A stretch of 64,000 bases of DNA from Chloroflexota bacterium (GTDB taxonomy: Bacteria; Chloroflexota; UBA11872; VXOZ01). Below, one piece after another: positions 9,994 through 19,895 of the stretch. How positions within the stretch are numbered: position 1 is the first letter of the stretch; each line of letters starts with the position of its first letter. The stretch is taken from NCBI GenBank assembly GCA_963662335.2, contig CAXXVD010000003.1:224001-288000 (forward strand), read 5' to 3'. The notes beneath the pieces were generated by a model. That model was given only the letters and a program-made list of their open reading frames with translations. It was not told where the DNA came from and ran no database searches. The translations under genes and the position numbers were made by a program.

Positions 9994-12897
9994 TCAATCT
10001 TCTAAGCTCAGGAGATCAAAGAATCCCCTGCGCAGCAGGTTGTCGCGGGCGTGCTTGGCGTCTCTCTGCGCATCTTCGCTATGGCTCTGAAGACCCGCCT
10101 GAATGATGCGCTTTGCCGTCTCTTCATCAACGTAGAAGGCAGAGTCTTGGGGCGCGTCCGTTAGCTTAGCAAAACACTCGACTACCTTGTCCGTATGCTC
10201 GGGGAGCATCTCTTGCAGATTCTCAGCCGCTATCAATGCCTCACGGGAAGTCGACCCCTTGGTTGCGTCCAATACTCGAGAAAATGCGTCCAAACGCCAA
10301 TCGGCTTCCAGGCATTCGGCGTCTAGCCATCGGTAGAATTGACTTAACTCACTAGTGTCTCCGGCTCCCAGCCGCCACTCGAAGAAGTCGATGAATACAC
10401 GTGTTAGCTGCTCATCCAGCGGCCCTTTGGTGTTCCTGAGCAAGAGACCAATGTGCCTGAGCAAGTTCGACCAACGCTCACGATCGGCTTTTGTGCTCTC
10501 ATAGAAACGCTCTAAGAAGCTGGCTTCGCCTTTGAGCGGATACAGTCCCCAAACGAAATAGAAGAACAGGTGTTGGCCAAGCCTATCTGGCAATAGTGTG
10601 TCCGAGTCGTCTTGCCCCCCTAACTCAGCCAAGTGCTGAATCGCATAGTCATACTCGTGCTGGAGAACTTCAAATGACGGTTTGCTTGGGCGAGTGTACC
10701 GCAGAAAGCTGCCAAATGCTTCCCGCCACGCAGGCAGTGAGGTCTGAGGGAAGAAATCCGTTCTATGCGCAGCGGCCCACGCTCCTTCAAGGTATAGCAG
10801 CCGGGGATAGCATGTGCCCAACATTGCGCGCTCCGGCAGCGTCAGAGGATGCTCTGTTTCCGGGCTAAAGCGTTCCTCCAGAATTGTCGTTACCGCTCCC
10901 AGATCGGCGTTCGGGTTATTGTCCCGGATCCAAGAACCGAACTTAATCAGGCTCTCTAGCGCGCGACTGCGAGTGTTGTTGAGCGCTTCCGTCAGTTTGT
11001 TGTTGCCGTTTGCCATGACTGGTTTGTTTCGATCCAATCGCCAATCGAATTGTGTGCAGAGCGTATCCAAGAGTTTGATCAGTTGCTCTCGGTAGGAATA
11101 CGGCACATTCACTTCCTTCTCAATGCACTTGTCAATGAGGTCAACAACGGCCCGGCGCGAACTTGCCCACAAGGGATTGTCTCTGGACTGATCCCCGTAT
11201 CCTAAATCGGTCTCGCGCTCTTGATCGGGATGCAGAAGCACCCACTCGCAGAATTCCAGTGACTCCTCTAGTCTTTCAAAGTTCTTACCCGCAATGGCAT
11301 CTTTCATCACATCTACAATTGCTTTCACATAGATGGGCCGCGCAATTGCTCCACGCTTCTCAATCCAGAACTGGAGCCTACCGGCGTTAGGGAGCACCGC
11401 ATCTGTAAAGAACTCTTGAAATGCTTTCACGAGCGCTTCGATGGTGATCTCTACCAATGGATCGACACTGTCGTAGTGTTGTGCATCCCACTCGTTGATG
11501 AAGTCCAGTAGTTCCGCATCTGCCATGGCGGCAAGCTGTTCTGGTGGCTTGGGGCTTCTATCTGACACGGAGCCGACCTTAACATCGCCAAATGGCAAGT
11601 AGTCATCACTACATATCTTCTCATCGGCTTGCAGTTCCGCTTCCTGGAAGCGGGCCAGATAGTCACCGAAGAGCACATCTTCGAAGAGCCGAAACTGCAT
11701 GCGATGGAAGCGCAACTGACGAAGCCCGAACTTTTCTTCCGTGAACTTCTCGCCATGTAAATTCAGGAACTCCTCCTTCGGCGGACCATCCAAAATAGCC
11801 TTGAAAATCGAAATACGCTCCTGTTTGGTGAGTAATGCTTCTCCGAAGTGCGCACAGGCGCTTCGTACCATCTCTTGGAATTCGTAGTGATGCTCTGTAC
11901 GACCATAATCTTGATGTTCCAGGATGAGGTTCCGAATCCACGGCTTTGTTACTTCGGTAGGATTGAGCGCAAAAAGGTGTTGGCGTAGGCGCTTGAAAAT
12001 CTTCCAGCGCTGCTCACGGAGACGTTCGTCAAGGTCTGCGATAGAAGCCGGAGCCTTTTCGTAGACCTGCTCGCAAGCGAAAGTAAGGGCATTCGCAAGG
12101 TCCTCCTTGCTATCCTCATAGTCGTTACTAGCCCTGCTAAGCCGCCTGCACCACAATTCGGAAGCATCTCTATCGCCGATATCTTCTAGCTGTTCCGCAT
12201 GCATAGTCAGTCCAATCATCTCTGCCACGGCATCGATGAGTATGCAAGCCGTACGATAGGGTTCCTTCTCGGCCAGAGGACGAACACCCGAATTGAGAAT
12301 TTTACGATAACTCCACTTCTCAAATCTAGGAGAGGGGTCGAGGTCGCTGAACCAGCCACTCGGTTCCTTTCTGTACCGGTCTCGCTTTTCCCTTGCCTTG
12401 GGGTCGGGCTTGAACTGGATCAGCACATCGGTAAGCTCTAGCGCTGCATGAGTTTCGTTCTCTTTGGTCCAGTGGGCCAGCAGGCTCGGATATCTGTGAG
12501 CCATGGTCTGAAATCTTAGCCCTGCATACTCGAGCATCTTGTCCTTCAGCTTTGCTGAGTGGCTGCCTGGGAGGTCTACTGCAATATCCAAGATCTCAAC
12601 ATAGACATGCGGGTTGTCAACGCTGGGAAGGCCGGCCAGTATGCTGACAACCTGTTCCGGCACAAATCTACAGATGTTTTTAAGATATTGAAGTTCCGGC
12701 CAAAACGGGAATTGCATGTGGTCGTTCGGCAGGTCGAGCGCTTGCGGGGGAGATGCAAAATAGCCGCGCTCCACTAGGGGTTGGAGCCATAGTGGGTTCT
12801 TAAGGCGAGAGAAGAAGTGCCGGCGATCAGTTTCCCGCTTTACTGACCCTAGGGCTCTCTCTACCATCTCATCTGTTGGTTTCTTCCAGGATGTCAT
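9994..12897 (-). CDS. large helical hypothetical protein (967 aa), defence-island-like
   Basis: Long ORF with visibly lower GC than the flanks; N-terminal FFSRLKNPLWLQPL..GYF motif; no catalytic motif recognised. Confidence 0.85.
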   Translation of the reverse strand: MTSWKKPTDEMVERALGSVKRETDRRHFFSRLKNPLWLQPLVERGYFASPPQALDLPNDHMQFPFWPELQYLKNICRFVPEQVVSILAGLPSVDNPHVYVEILDIAVDLPGSHSAKLKDKMLEYAGLRFQTMAHRYPSLLAHWTKENETHAALELTDVLIQFKPDPKAREKRDRYRKEPSGWFSDLDPSPRFEKWSYRKILNSGVRPLAEKEPYRTACILIDAVAEMIGLTMHAEQLEDIGDRDASELWCRRLSRASNDYEDSKEDLANALTFACEQVYEKAPASIADLDERLREQRWKIFKRLRQHLFALNPTEVTKPWIRNLILEHQDYGRTEHHYEFQEMVRSACAHFGEALLTKQERISIFKAILDGPPKEEFLNLHGEKFTEEKFGLRQLRFHRMQFRLFEDVLFGDYLARFQEAELQADEKICSDDYLPFGDVKVGSVSDRSPKPPEQLAAMADAELLDFINEWDAQHYDSVDPLVEITIEALVKAFQEFFTDAVLPNAGRLQFWIEKRGAIARPIYVKAIVDVMKDAIAGKNFERLEESLEFCEWVLLHPDQERETDLGYGDQSRDNPLWASSRRAVVDLIDKCIEKEVNVPYSYREQLIKLLDTLCTQFDWRLDRNKPVMANGNNKLTEALNNTRSRALESLIKFGSWIRDNNPNADLGAVTTILEERFSPETEHPLTLPERAMLGTCYPRLLYLEGAWAAAHRTDFFPQTSLPAWREAFGSFLRYTRPSKPSFEVLQHEYDYAIQHLAELGGQDDSDTLLPDRLGQHLFFYFVWGLYPLKGEASFLERFYESTKADRERWSNLLRHIGLLLRNTKGPLDEQLTRVFIDFFEWRLGAGDTSELSQFYRWLDAECLEADWRLDAFSRVLDATKGSTSREALIAAENLQEMLPEHTDKVVECFAKLTDAPQDSAFYVDEETAKRIIQAGLQSHSEDAQRDAKHARDNLLRRGFFDLLSLED

Positions 12898-13531
12898 TGA
12901 CTTCCTTTAGTCGCTCGAATGTGCTTGCTGCAACGTATAGCGCCGAGTGAAGCGTTTGAAAGTGCTTCTCAATCTGGTGTTGTTCATCTTCGGAGAAGCA
13001 GCCCCTCCGGCAATGTGTGTGCGCCTGGAACCAACTCTTCGCTTCCTTCCAATCCTTTGCCAGGTTCTTAGGAATCATGTCAATATATTCGTAGTCTAAG
13101 AAGGTCCGAAAAAACAGGTAGTTGGCTGCGTTGTCTCTTTTGCTACCTTCTGCATGTTCCTCGAGTAGCTTCTTGACCTTTGAGCAGGCCTCGTAGGTGA
13201 CCACGTGTCCTTCCAAATTATCGTGCTCTCCAGACCCATGACCGCCGGTCACGAGCCCGGGGCCTCCCCATTCGTCTCTCCACACCTCCGTTATGTCGTT
13301 CGCATGCCGACGGTACTGCACTTGGGGTGAACTGGTTCCTGCGACAGTCCCAGCTAGATAGTTCATAAAGTCTCTGCCGACATGCGAGACAAAGGTAATG
13401 TAACCAGGCGTTCTGGCGTTCAGAAGATGGACGGCCGCTTCATAGGCCTCAGCGAATACAGGCAAGTCTAGTTCATCGCGTAGCCAGTCATAGACCCTCT
13501 GTTGTTGTGATGTGAGGTTAGTCGTCGGCAA
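12869..13531 (-). CDS. hypothetical protein, possibly HEPN-like
   Basis: 220 aa, TTG start with an AAGGA RBS; SHVGRDFMN and WFQAHTH motifs; overlaps the next gene by 29 nt. Confidence 0.7.
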   Translation of the reverse strand: MPTTNLTSQQQRVYDWLRDELDLPVFAEAYEAAVHLLNARTPGYITFVSHVGRDFMNYLAGTVAGTSSPQVQYRRHANDITEVWRDEWGGPGLVTGGHGSGEHDNLEGHVVTYEACSKVKKLLEEHAEGSKRDNAANYLFFRTFLDYEYIDMIPKNLAKDWKEAKSWFQAHTHCRRGCFSEDEQHQIEKHFQTLHSALYVAASTFERLKEVNDILEETNR

Positions 13532-13552
13532 GCACGCACTTCCTTATGCCTT

Positions 13553-15028
13553 CTAGATGAATCTACCCGCACTCTGCATCTTGCTCAACTCGTTGATCAA
13601 GTACTCCTGCGGCCTGTCGCCTTTCGTGCGGTTGCAGTGGCTGCACAGCAGTTGCAGATTGTCCATGTGATCGGTGCCGCCGCGTGACTGCGGGATGACG
13701 TGATCGACTTCCAGCACCTTGAACGGAAACTCCATCTTGCAGCCGTTACACTGGCCCTCTTGCTTGCCAAAGAGCACGTGCTTGTTCCGGCGGTAGTGCA
13801 CCGGCGTATCGATGTCGGTGCGCTTGGGTATGTCGGTGCGGGACGTGACCAGCCGGTCGTGAAACAAATCGCCCATAGAGTCCGCCAGCCGGAATCTGAC
13901 AAGTTCGCCGGCTTTCGGCGACAGGTCGATACCAACCCACTTGCGCCCCAGCGTCTCGGCGGCAACGCAGGCGGTGGCGCACCCGCAAAACGGGTCTAAC
14001 ACCACGTCGCCGGGGTTGCTGCTGGCCGTGATGATGCGCTCCAGCAGCGCCAACGGCTTTTGTGTTGGGTATCCGAGACGCTCTCTAGCATGGGTCTGCA
14101 CGGGTAGAATGTCGCTCATGACGTCGTTGCACTTTGGCCCCGGCGATGATTCAAGGTACCGCTTCAGGGCCGGCACACCGCCTTTCTTCTTCGGCCAGTA
14201 GAGCATCCCGGCCTCGTCTAATGCGTTCAGGCGGTCATGGATTCCCTCGATGCTCTTGTAGCCTTCGATTACGTTTGCATCTATCCAGTCGGCATAGGCC
14301 CCGGTGCGTGGAACCGACCAGCAGCGACCGGCATCGGTCGGATCCACCCCTCTCCATGGTTCACCGCTTTGCCCAGCTGACGTGCCCGGCCCCGTCAGAT
14401 CGGACTGCCTGAATTGCCCCCGCTCGTCCTCGTGGCGGTAGAACTTTCGGATATACTCGGCATCATGCGGAATGAACGTGTTGTTCCAGGTTGCGCCTTG
14501 ACCCGCGTAGTAGTAGAGCAGCACGTCATGGACACGCCCAAACCGATTGCCGTCCGAGCGTCCGGTCGTCCGCTTCCAAGCGATTTCGTTCCTGAAGTTC
14601 GCCGCGCCAAAGATGCTGTCCATCAGCAGTTTCAAGTAGTGGCTCGCCGTGGGGTCGCAGTGCAGATAGATGCTGCCATTCTCTTTTAGTACGCGCTTCA
14701 TCTCCAACAGCCGCACGGTCATCATGCACAAGTAAGACTGCATCCCCTTACCGTGCGACAGGCCGGCGGTCTCGATGACCCTGTAGACGGCGGGCTGCTC
14801 ATCGGCAATCAGTCCCATCCACGCAACATCCAGATCGGAAAGCGTCCACGTATCCTTGAACGCCGCCCCCGCCGCCACGCTCCCCACCGGCGCCGCATAG
14901 GTCCGATTGGAATTGAACGGCGGGTCAAGGTAGATGAGATCGACGCAGTTGCTATTCAGCCCCCGCAGGATGTCGAGGTTGTCACCCGTCCAGATTGTCC
15001 GATTCGCAAAGTTGGGTTCTGTGCTCAC
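13553..15028 (-). CDS. beta-class N6A/N4C DNA methyltransferase fused to a C-terminal HNH endonuclease
   Basis: GDNL, YLDPPFN (motif IV), [15 protein letters not shown] (motif I), then CNGC...[29 protein letters not shown]. Confidence 0.93.
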   Translation of the reverse strand: MSTEPNFANRTIWTGDNLDILRGLNSNCVDLIYLDPPFNSNRTYAAPVGSVAAGAAFKDTWTLSDLDVAWMGLIADEQPAVYRVIETAGLSHGKGMQSYLCMMTVRLLEMKRVLKENGSIYLHCDPTASHYLKLLMDSIFGAANFRNEIAWKRTTGRSDGNRFGRVHDVLLYYYAGQGATWNNTFIPHDAEYIRKFYRHEDERGQFRQSDLTGPGTSAGQSGEPWRGVDPTDAGRCWSVPRTGAYADWIDANVIEGYKSIEGIHDRLNALDEAGMLYWPKKKGGVPALKRYLESSPGPKCNDVMSDILPVQTHARERLGYPTQKPLALLERIITASSNPGDVVLDPFCGCATACVAAETLGRKWVGIDLSPKAGELVRFRLADSMGDLFHDRLVTSRTDIPKRTDIDTPVHYRRNKHVLFGKQEGQCNGCKMEFPFKVLEVDHVIPQSRGGTDHMDNLQLLCSHCNRTKGDRPQEYLINELSKMQSAGRFI

Positions 15029-15088
15029 TGCTTCTGCCCGACGCGCTTGTTAAGGTTTGGTACGCGATAGCCGCTTGTTCGACGAGGC

Positions 15089-15412
15089 TTAGGAGACCTT
15101 GTCGTGCTTCTCGGAGAGAGGGGTCTGGTCAGTCGAGGGCAGGCCGGCCTGGTCCATTTCGTATTCGATAATCGCACTTGGGCTGGGCGGGTCGATTGGG
15201 TAGTGCTCGTCTTCGTAGAGTTCGATTTGGCTGAAGAGAGCATCAAGTTCGATTCTGTCAGGGTGATTCGGATCCGTCTCTTGCCCTTGGGTCCCTGTCA
15301 GGGCATCCATGAGTTCGGAAACTCGGGCCAAAGCCGCATCGTAGTCGGCCTCGTTGCGGATTTGCTCGCTTCTCATAGTTACACTGAGCGTCCTCTTGGC
15401 AATAATGCGCAC
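15089..15412 (-). pseudogene. higBA toxin-antitoxin remnant: HigB start fused to a HigA N-terminal domain lacking the HTH
   Basis: MRIIAKRTL is a typical HigB N-terminus. From ATG 15376, IRNEADYDAALAR...ELD.L...IELYEDEHYPIDPPSP...MDQAGL is a HigA N-terminal domain, and the ORF ends before any HTH. Confidence 0.75.
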
Positions 15413-15496
15413 AACGAGTGTTCAATGCTCCCCACTTAGGGCCAATTATACACGCTGCCGCTGGCGGCGCCGCCGGCGCAATGCTGATTCCCACCG

Positions 15497-16306
15497 CTAG
15501 CTGGCGCCGGATTTACCGAGGAAGACCTGGGTGAGGATGTTGGAGGCGCGGATGTCGTGGGGGGAGCCGGTGAAGGCGATGCGGCCTTTATCGAGGACGT
15601 AGGCGCGGTCGACGATGTCCAGCACGCCTTTGATGTTGTGCTCGACGATCATGATGGTGGTGTGCAGGCGCTCGCTGATTTCGGAGATGCGCTCGAAGAC
15701 CTCTTTCACCACGATTGGCGCCAGGCCCAGGGTTGGTTCGTCCAGCAGCAGCACGTCGGGGCCGGCCATCAGGCCGCGGCCCAGGGCCAGCATTTGTTGC
15801 TGTCCGCCCGACATCTGGCTGGCCAGGTCGGCGCGTTTGCTCTCGAGAATCGGGAAGATGCGCAGCACCTCGTCCAGGCGGCGTTGCTTCTCCGCCTTAT
15901 CTTTCAGGTAGAGGCAGCCCATCTCCAGGTTCTCCTCGATGGTGAGGTGGGTGAAGACGCGCCGCCCTTGGGGAACGAAGGCGATGCCCTCTTTCACGAT
16001 CTCGTGGGTGGCGGCCGCCAGCGGCGCTTGCCGCCAGAAGACCTCGCCGGCCACGACGGGGGCCAGTCCCATGATGGACTTGAGCACGGTGGACTTGCCC
16101 GCGCCGTTGGGGCCCATCACGGCCACCACCTCGCCGCGGCGCACGCCCAGCGAGACGTCGTGCAGCGCCACCACCACGCCGTAGTGCACGGAGATACCGC
16201 GCAGTTCCAGGATTGGCGCGCCATTGCCGCCGTGGCCGTCCCGTGCCGGGGCGGCAGGCATAGGCTGCGATGCAGGTGTTTCAGTTGTTCTTTCCGGTGT
16301 ATCCAC
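15497..16306 (-). CDS. livF: branched-chain amino acid-type ABC transporter ATP-binding protein
   Basis: GPNGAGKST, VPQGRRVF, MSGGQQQML, LLLDEPTLGLAP. Confidence 0.93.
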   Translation of the reverse strand: MDTPERTTETPASQPMPAAPARDGHGGNGAPILELRGISVHYGVVVALHDVSLGVRRGEVVAVMGPNGAGKSTVLKSIMGLAPVVAGEVFWRQAPLAAATHEIVKEGIAFVPQGRRVFTHLTIEENLEMGCLYLKDKAEKQRRLDEVLRIFPILESKRADLASQMSGGQQQMLALGRGLMAGPDVLLLDEPTLGLAPIVVKEVFERISEISERLHTTIMIVEHNIKGVLDIVDRAYVLDKGRIAFTGSPHDIRASNILTQVFLGKSGAS

Positions 16307-16613
16307 GTGCCTGTTCCGCTGTGACTCTCAGTCTCTCACTCCGGCCCTCACCCGCGGGAGACCTTGGCATAGAGTTCCGGGGCGGCCGCCTGGCCGCCAC
16401 TTACGCTCGGAGCCTTTGCCGTTCGCGTACGGTGCGGCAATTCGCCATTGCAGTGTTCCCAATGGATACCCGCTTTCGCGGGTATGACGGAGTCCGTTGC
16501 GCCGTTCTTGAGGCAATCACGGAGTTCGTTGCGCTTCTTTCATGGTAGTGAACGAGTTACCCGGAGTTCTCCTCAGCGAAAGCATGAAGATTGCGCGCCC
16601 GGTTGCCGCGCGG

Positions 16614-17375
16614 CTAGGTGCCCAAATAGGCGTCGATCACCTTCGGGCGGCTCAGAACCTCGTCAACGTCGCCTTCCGCCAGCAGGCTGCCGCTATCCAG
16701 CACGATGAGGTGATCGGAAAGCTCGCGCACGATGTCCATGTTGTGGGAGATGAAGACAATCGTGTCGCCCTGTTCCCGCATACGGTTCATCACCCCTTTC
16801 ACCGTCTCCACCATTTCGGGAAAGAGGCCGGCGAAGGGTTCGTCGAAGAGGTAGATGTCGGCTTCCATCGCCATGGCGCGGCCGATTTCCAGCAGTTTGC
16901 GCTGGCCGTAGGAGAGATTTTCCGCCAGGGCGTCGCGTTTCTCCCACAGGCCGACGTTCTGCAAAATGCCGCGCGCCTTGTCGCGTTGCGCCGGCTGCAG
17001 GCGCTCCAGCAGCGCGGGAAAGAGTCCGCGCGCGGTCAAGACCACCATTAGGTTGTCCCACACGCTCACCTGGTCGAAGAGCCGCACCTCCTGGAACGTG
17101 CGCGTCAGGCCGTGCGCCGGATTCTGGTGGGCGCGCACCACTTTCAAGCTATCGCCGTCCAGCACCACGATGCCGCCGTCCAGGGGCAGCACGCCGCTCA
17201 ACAGGTTCACCAGGGTCGATTTGCCCGAGCCGTTCGGCCCCACGATACTGGTCAAGCCGCGCTTCGGAATCGACACGGAGAGTTTGCGCACGGCGCGCAC
17301 CGCGCCAAAGTTCTTCGAGATTTCTTCCGTTTGTATCGCGAACGGCTCGTCGATCTTGTTCTCGCCGGTTCTCAC
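16614..17375 (-). CDS. livG: branched-chain amino acid-type ABC transporter ATP-binding protein
   Basis: GPNGSGKST, RTFQEVRLF, LSYGQRKLLEIGRA, DEPFAG, VIDAYLG. Confidence 0.93.
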   Translation of the reverse strand: MRTGENKIDEPFAIQTEEISKNFGAVRAVRKLSVSIPKRGLTSIVGPNGSGKSTLVNLLSGVLPLDGGIVVLDGDSLKVVRAHQNPAHGLTRTFQEVRLFDQVSVWDNLMVVLTARGLFPALLERLQPAQRDKARGILQNVGLWEKRDALAENLSYGQRKLLEIGRAMAMEADIYLFDEPFAGLFPEMVETVKGVMNRMREQGDTIVFISHNMDIVRELSDHLIVLDSGSLLAEGDVDEVLSRPKVIDAYLGT

Positions 17376-18427
17376 AGCCTATACCTCCCGACTAAGCCCT
17401 GGGGCCGGAAGAGCATCAGCAGCACCAGCAGAATGCCCAGCACCACCAGCCGCGCCTGCCCGACGTGAATGGTCGGCAGAAACGGCAGGAAGCGCATGCC
17501 CTCTTCCAGCAGCACGAACGCCATCGCGCCCAACAGCGAGCCCCAGATGGTGGCCAACCCGCCGAGGATCACGATGGCGACCAACAGCATCGACTCCAAG
17601 AGGATGAATGAGTTGGGGTCTACGAAAGTCGTCCAACTGGCAAACAACCCGCCGGCCAGGCCCGCCATCATGGCCGATATGGTCCAGACCGCCAGTTTGT
17701 AGTGGGTCGTGCGGTAGCCGAAGACGGCGATCGCCTGCTCGTCCTCGCGGATGGCGGTCAGCACGCGCCCGAACGAGGAGGTCACGATGAACCAGGCAAG
17801 CAGCACGATGAGCGCGAGAAAGGCGAGCACGAACACGAGGAACACGAACTCGCCGTCCAGCGTCCAGCCGCCAACCTGGGGCCGGGCGACTTCGTGAATG
17901 CCGAACGCGCCCCGGGTGAGATTGCGCCAGTTCAGGAAGACGTTGAAGCTGATGATGGCAAAGCCGAACGAGACGAGCACGTAGATGTCGTCCCGGAAGC
18001 GGTTGAAGACCACGCCGACCGCCAGCGCAATCACCCCGGCCAGCAGCACGCCCAGCGGCAGCGCCGCGAAGAACGGCCAGCCAAAGGTGGGAATGGCCTC
18101 GGTGCGCAGTTGCTCGTATTTGGCGTCCGAGGTGAGGATCGCCACCGTGTACGCGCCGATGCCAAAGAAGCCGACGTGCCCCACCGAGAGCAGGCCGGTG
18201 AAGCCCACCACCAGGTTCAGGCTGACGCTCAGGATGGCCCAGATGGCAAAGACGGTGCCGACGGTGATGGCGAACCCGACCCCCTGCCAGAGCATGAAGC
18301 CGAGCGCCCACGCGATGATGAGCAGATTTGCCCACAACTCCACGTTGTTCCTGGCGACCGCCGCAAGCGCCGCCGGATTCCGCGCGAGATGGAGCAGCGA
18401 TGTGCCGTTTTCCGTGTCCGCTTGCAT
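17372..18427 (-). CDS. livM: branched-chain amino acid-type ABC permease
   Basis: SLNLVVGFTGLLSVGH..FFGIGAY, FGRVLTAIREDE, ILGG, RPQGL. Confidence 0.93.
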   Translation of the reverse strand: MQADTENGTSLLHLARNPAALAAVARNNVELWANLLIIAWALGFMLWQGVGFAITVGTVFAIWAILSVSLNLVVGFTGLLSVGHVGFFGIGAYTVAILTSDAKYEQLRTEAIPTFGWPFFAALPLGVLLAGVIALAVGVVFNRFRDDIYVLVSFGFAIISFNVFLNWRNLTRGAFGIHEVARPQVGGWTLDGEFVFLVFVLAFLALIVLLAWFIVTSSFGRVLTAIREDEQAIAVFGYRTTHYKLAVWTISAMMAGLAGGLFASWTTFVDPNSFILLESMLLVAIVILGGLATIWGSLLGAMAFVLLEEGMRFLPFLPTIHVGQARLVVLGILLVLLMLFRPQGLVGRYRL

Positions 18428-18433
18428 ACGCGC

Positions 18434-19783
18434 CTACTTTCGCGGCAGGAGGCCCTGGGGCCAGAACGAAAGGAAGAGGATCAGGAGGATGAAAGAGATG
18501 ACGTCGCGCCACTCGCCGGCCAGGTCCCAGATGCCGAATTGCTCGATCATGCCCAGCACGAAGCCGCCTACGATCGCGCCGTAGAGATTGCCGATGCCGC
18601 CGACAACGGACGCAATCCAGCCCTTGAGCAGCAGCAGCAGGCCCATGCGGGGTTGAATGGCCGTATCGTGGCCGCTGAGCAGGCCGGCCATGGCGGCGTA
18701 GACCGCGCCGATGAAGAAGACGATTGCGATGATGGTGGTGGTGTTGATGCCCACCACTTTCGCAACCTCTTCATCGTCGCCGATGGCGCGCACCGCCTTG
18801 CCGAACGCGGTGCGCTTGAGCAGGAAGAGCAAGAAGAGAAAGCCCGCCAGCGCCACGCCGACGGTGAAGAGGTTGAAGCCCTTGATACTGGCGCCGGCGA
18901 AGGTCCAGGGGTCATTGCCCAGCGCCTCGGGCAGGGGGCGCGGCGTGCTCTCGAAGACGATGCTGATCAACGCGGTGATCGCCAGGAGTATGCCCAGGGA
19001 GGCGACCAGCATGATCAGCGGCGAGCGCGAGCGTGCGCGCATGTAGACGTACAGGCCCCGGTAGAGGGCAAGGCCGACCACGCCCGCCAGGAAGCAGGAG
19101 ACGCCCCAACTCAGGTAGAGCTTCGCTTCCGGCGCGTTGGCTACCAGGTAGCCGCAGTACGCGCCCAGGGCCGCCGCCGCGACGCCGGTTGCGGCGACAA
19201 GCGTCCGCAAGGCGCGGCCGCCGACGATGCCCTGGTACGCCAGATAGAGAATCCACGTTACAAGTACGGCCAAGCCGACGGCGATTAATGGGCTGAGCGT
19301 AAGGTGCAGTTCTTTGGGGTAGGAGAGCACTACGCCGGTGTAGACGCCCGCGCCGGCCGCCGCGAGACCCGCGATGCCCCGCACAATTGCCGGCCGCAGC
19401 CGCGACCGCAAGCGGGGTTGCAGGGTCTCGTACACTGCCCAGGCCACAACGCCGGCGGTCACCGCGGCGAAGAGAACGTTCACGAAGAGGCTGTTGACGG
19501 CGTACAGCCCGCCCAGCGTCTCCTGCGACCGCAGGTAGAAGACGCCGTACGCGCCCAGCGCGGCCGCCGCGCCGTAATAGAGGTCGAAGAACCAGACCGT
19601 GCTGTAGACCAGCGTGAACCCCATGGCCAGCAGGGCGTACACCGCGCCCACGGACAGGCCGTTGAAGGCAAACTGCACGGCCTGGTCGGGCGACTGGCTG
19701 ATCTTCCAGCCGACGTAGGCCGCGGCGGCCGCGGTGAGCGCGATTGCGAGCAGGTTGTTCAGGCTAATGCGTTGGACAATCAC
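18434..19783 (-). CDS. livH: branched-chain amino acid-type ABC permease with a large internal membrane insertion
   Basis: NGLSVGAVYALLAMGFTLVY, FGKAVRA, VVGGIGN, PQGL. At 449 aa it is longer than the usual roughly 290-310 aa. Confidence 0.9.
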   Translation of the reverse strand: MIVQRISLNNLLAIALTAAAAAYVGWKISQSPDQAVQFAFNGLSVGAVYALLAMGFTLVYSTVWFFDLYYGAAAALGAYGVFYLRSQETLGGLYAVNSLFVNVLFAAVTAGVVAWAVYETLQPRLRSRLRPAIVRGIAGLAAAGAGVYTGVVLSYPKELHLTLSPLIAVGLAVLVTWILYLAYQGIVGGRALRTLVAATGVAAAALGAYCGYLVANAPEAKLYLSWGVSCFLAGVVGLALYRGLYVYMRARSRSPLIMLVASLGILLAITALISIVFESTPRPLPEALGNDPWTFAGASIKGFNLFTVGVALAGFLFLLFLLKRTAFGKAVRAIGDDEEVAKVVGINTTTIIAIVFFIGAVYAAMAGLLSGHDTAIQPRMGLLLLLKGWIASVVGGIGNLYGAIVGGFVLGMIEQFGIWDLAGEWRDVISFILLILFLSFWPQGLLPRK

Positions 19784-19895
19784 GCGCGTTTCCGCTCCCT
19801 ACAAGCGACTTCAAGCAGACTCACGGGTCAACGAGCGCGAGCGGTGGTATACCTAAGCGGCAGTAGGAACAACTCTTTAGGGCATTGCCGCGGGG

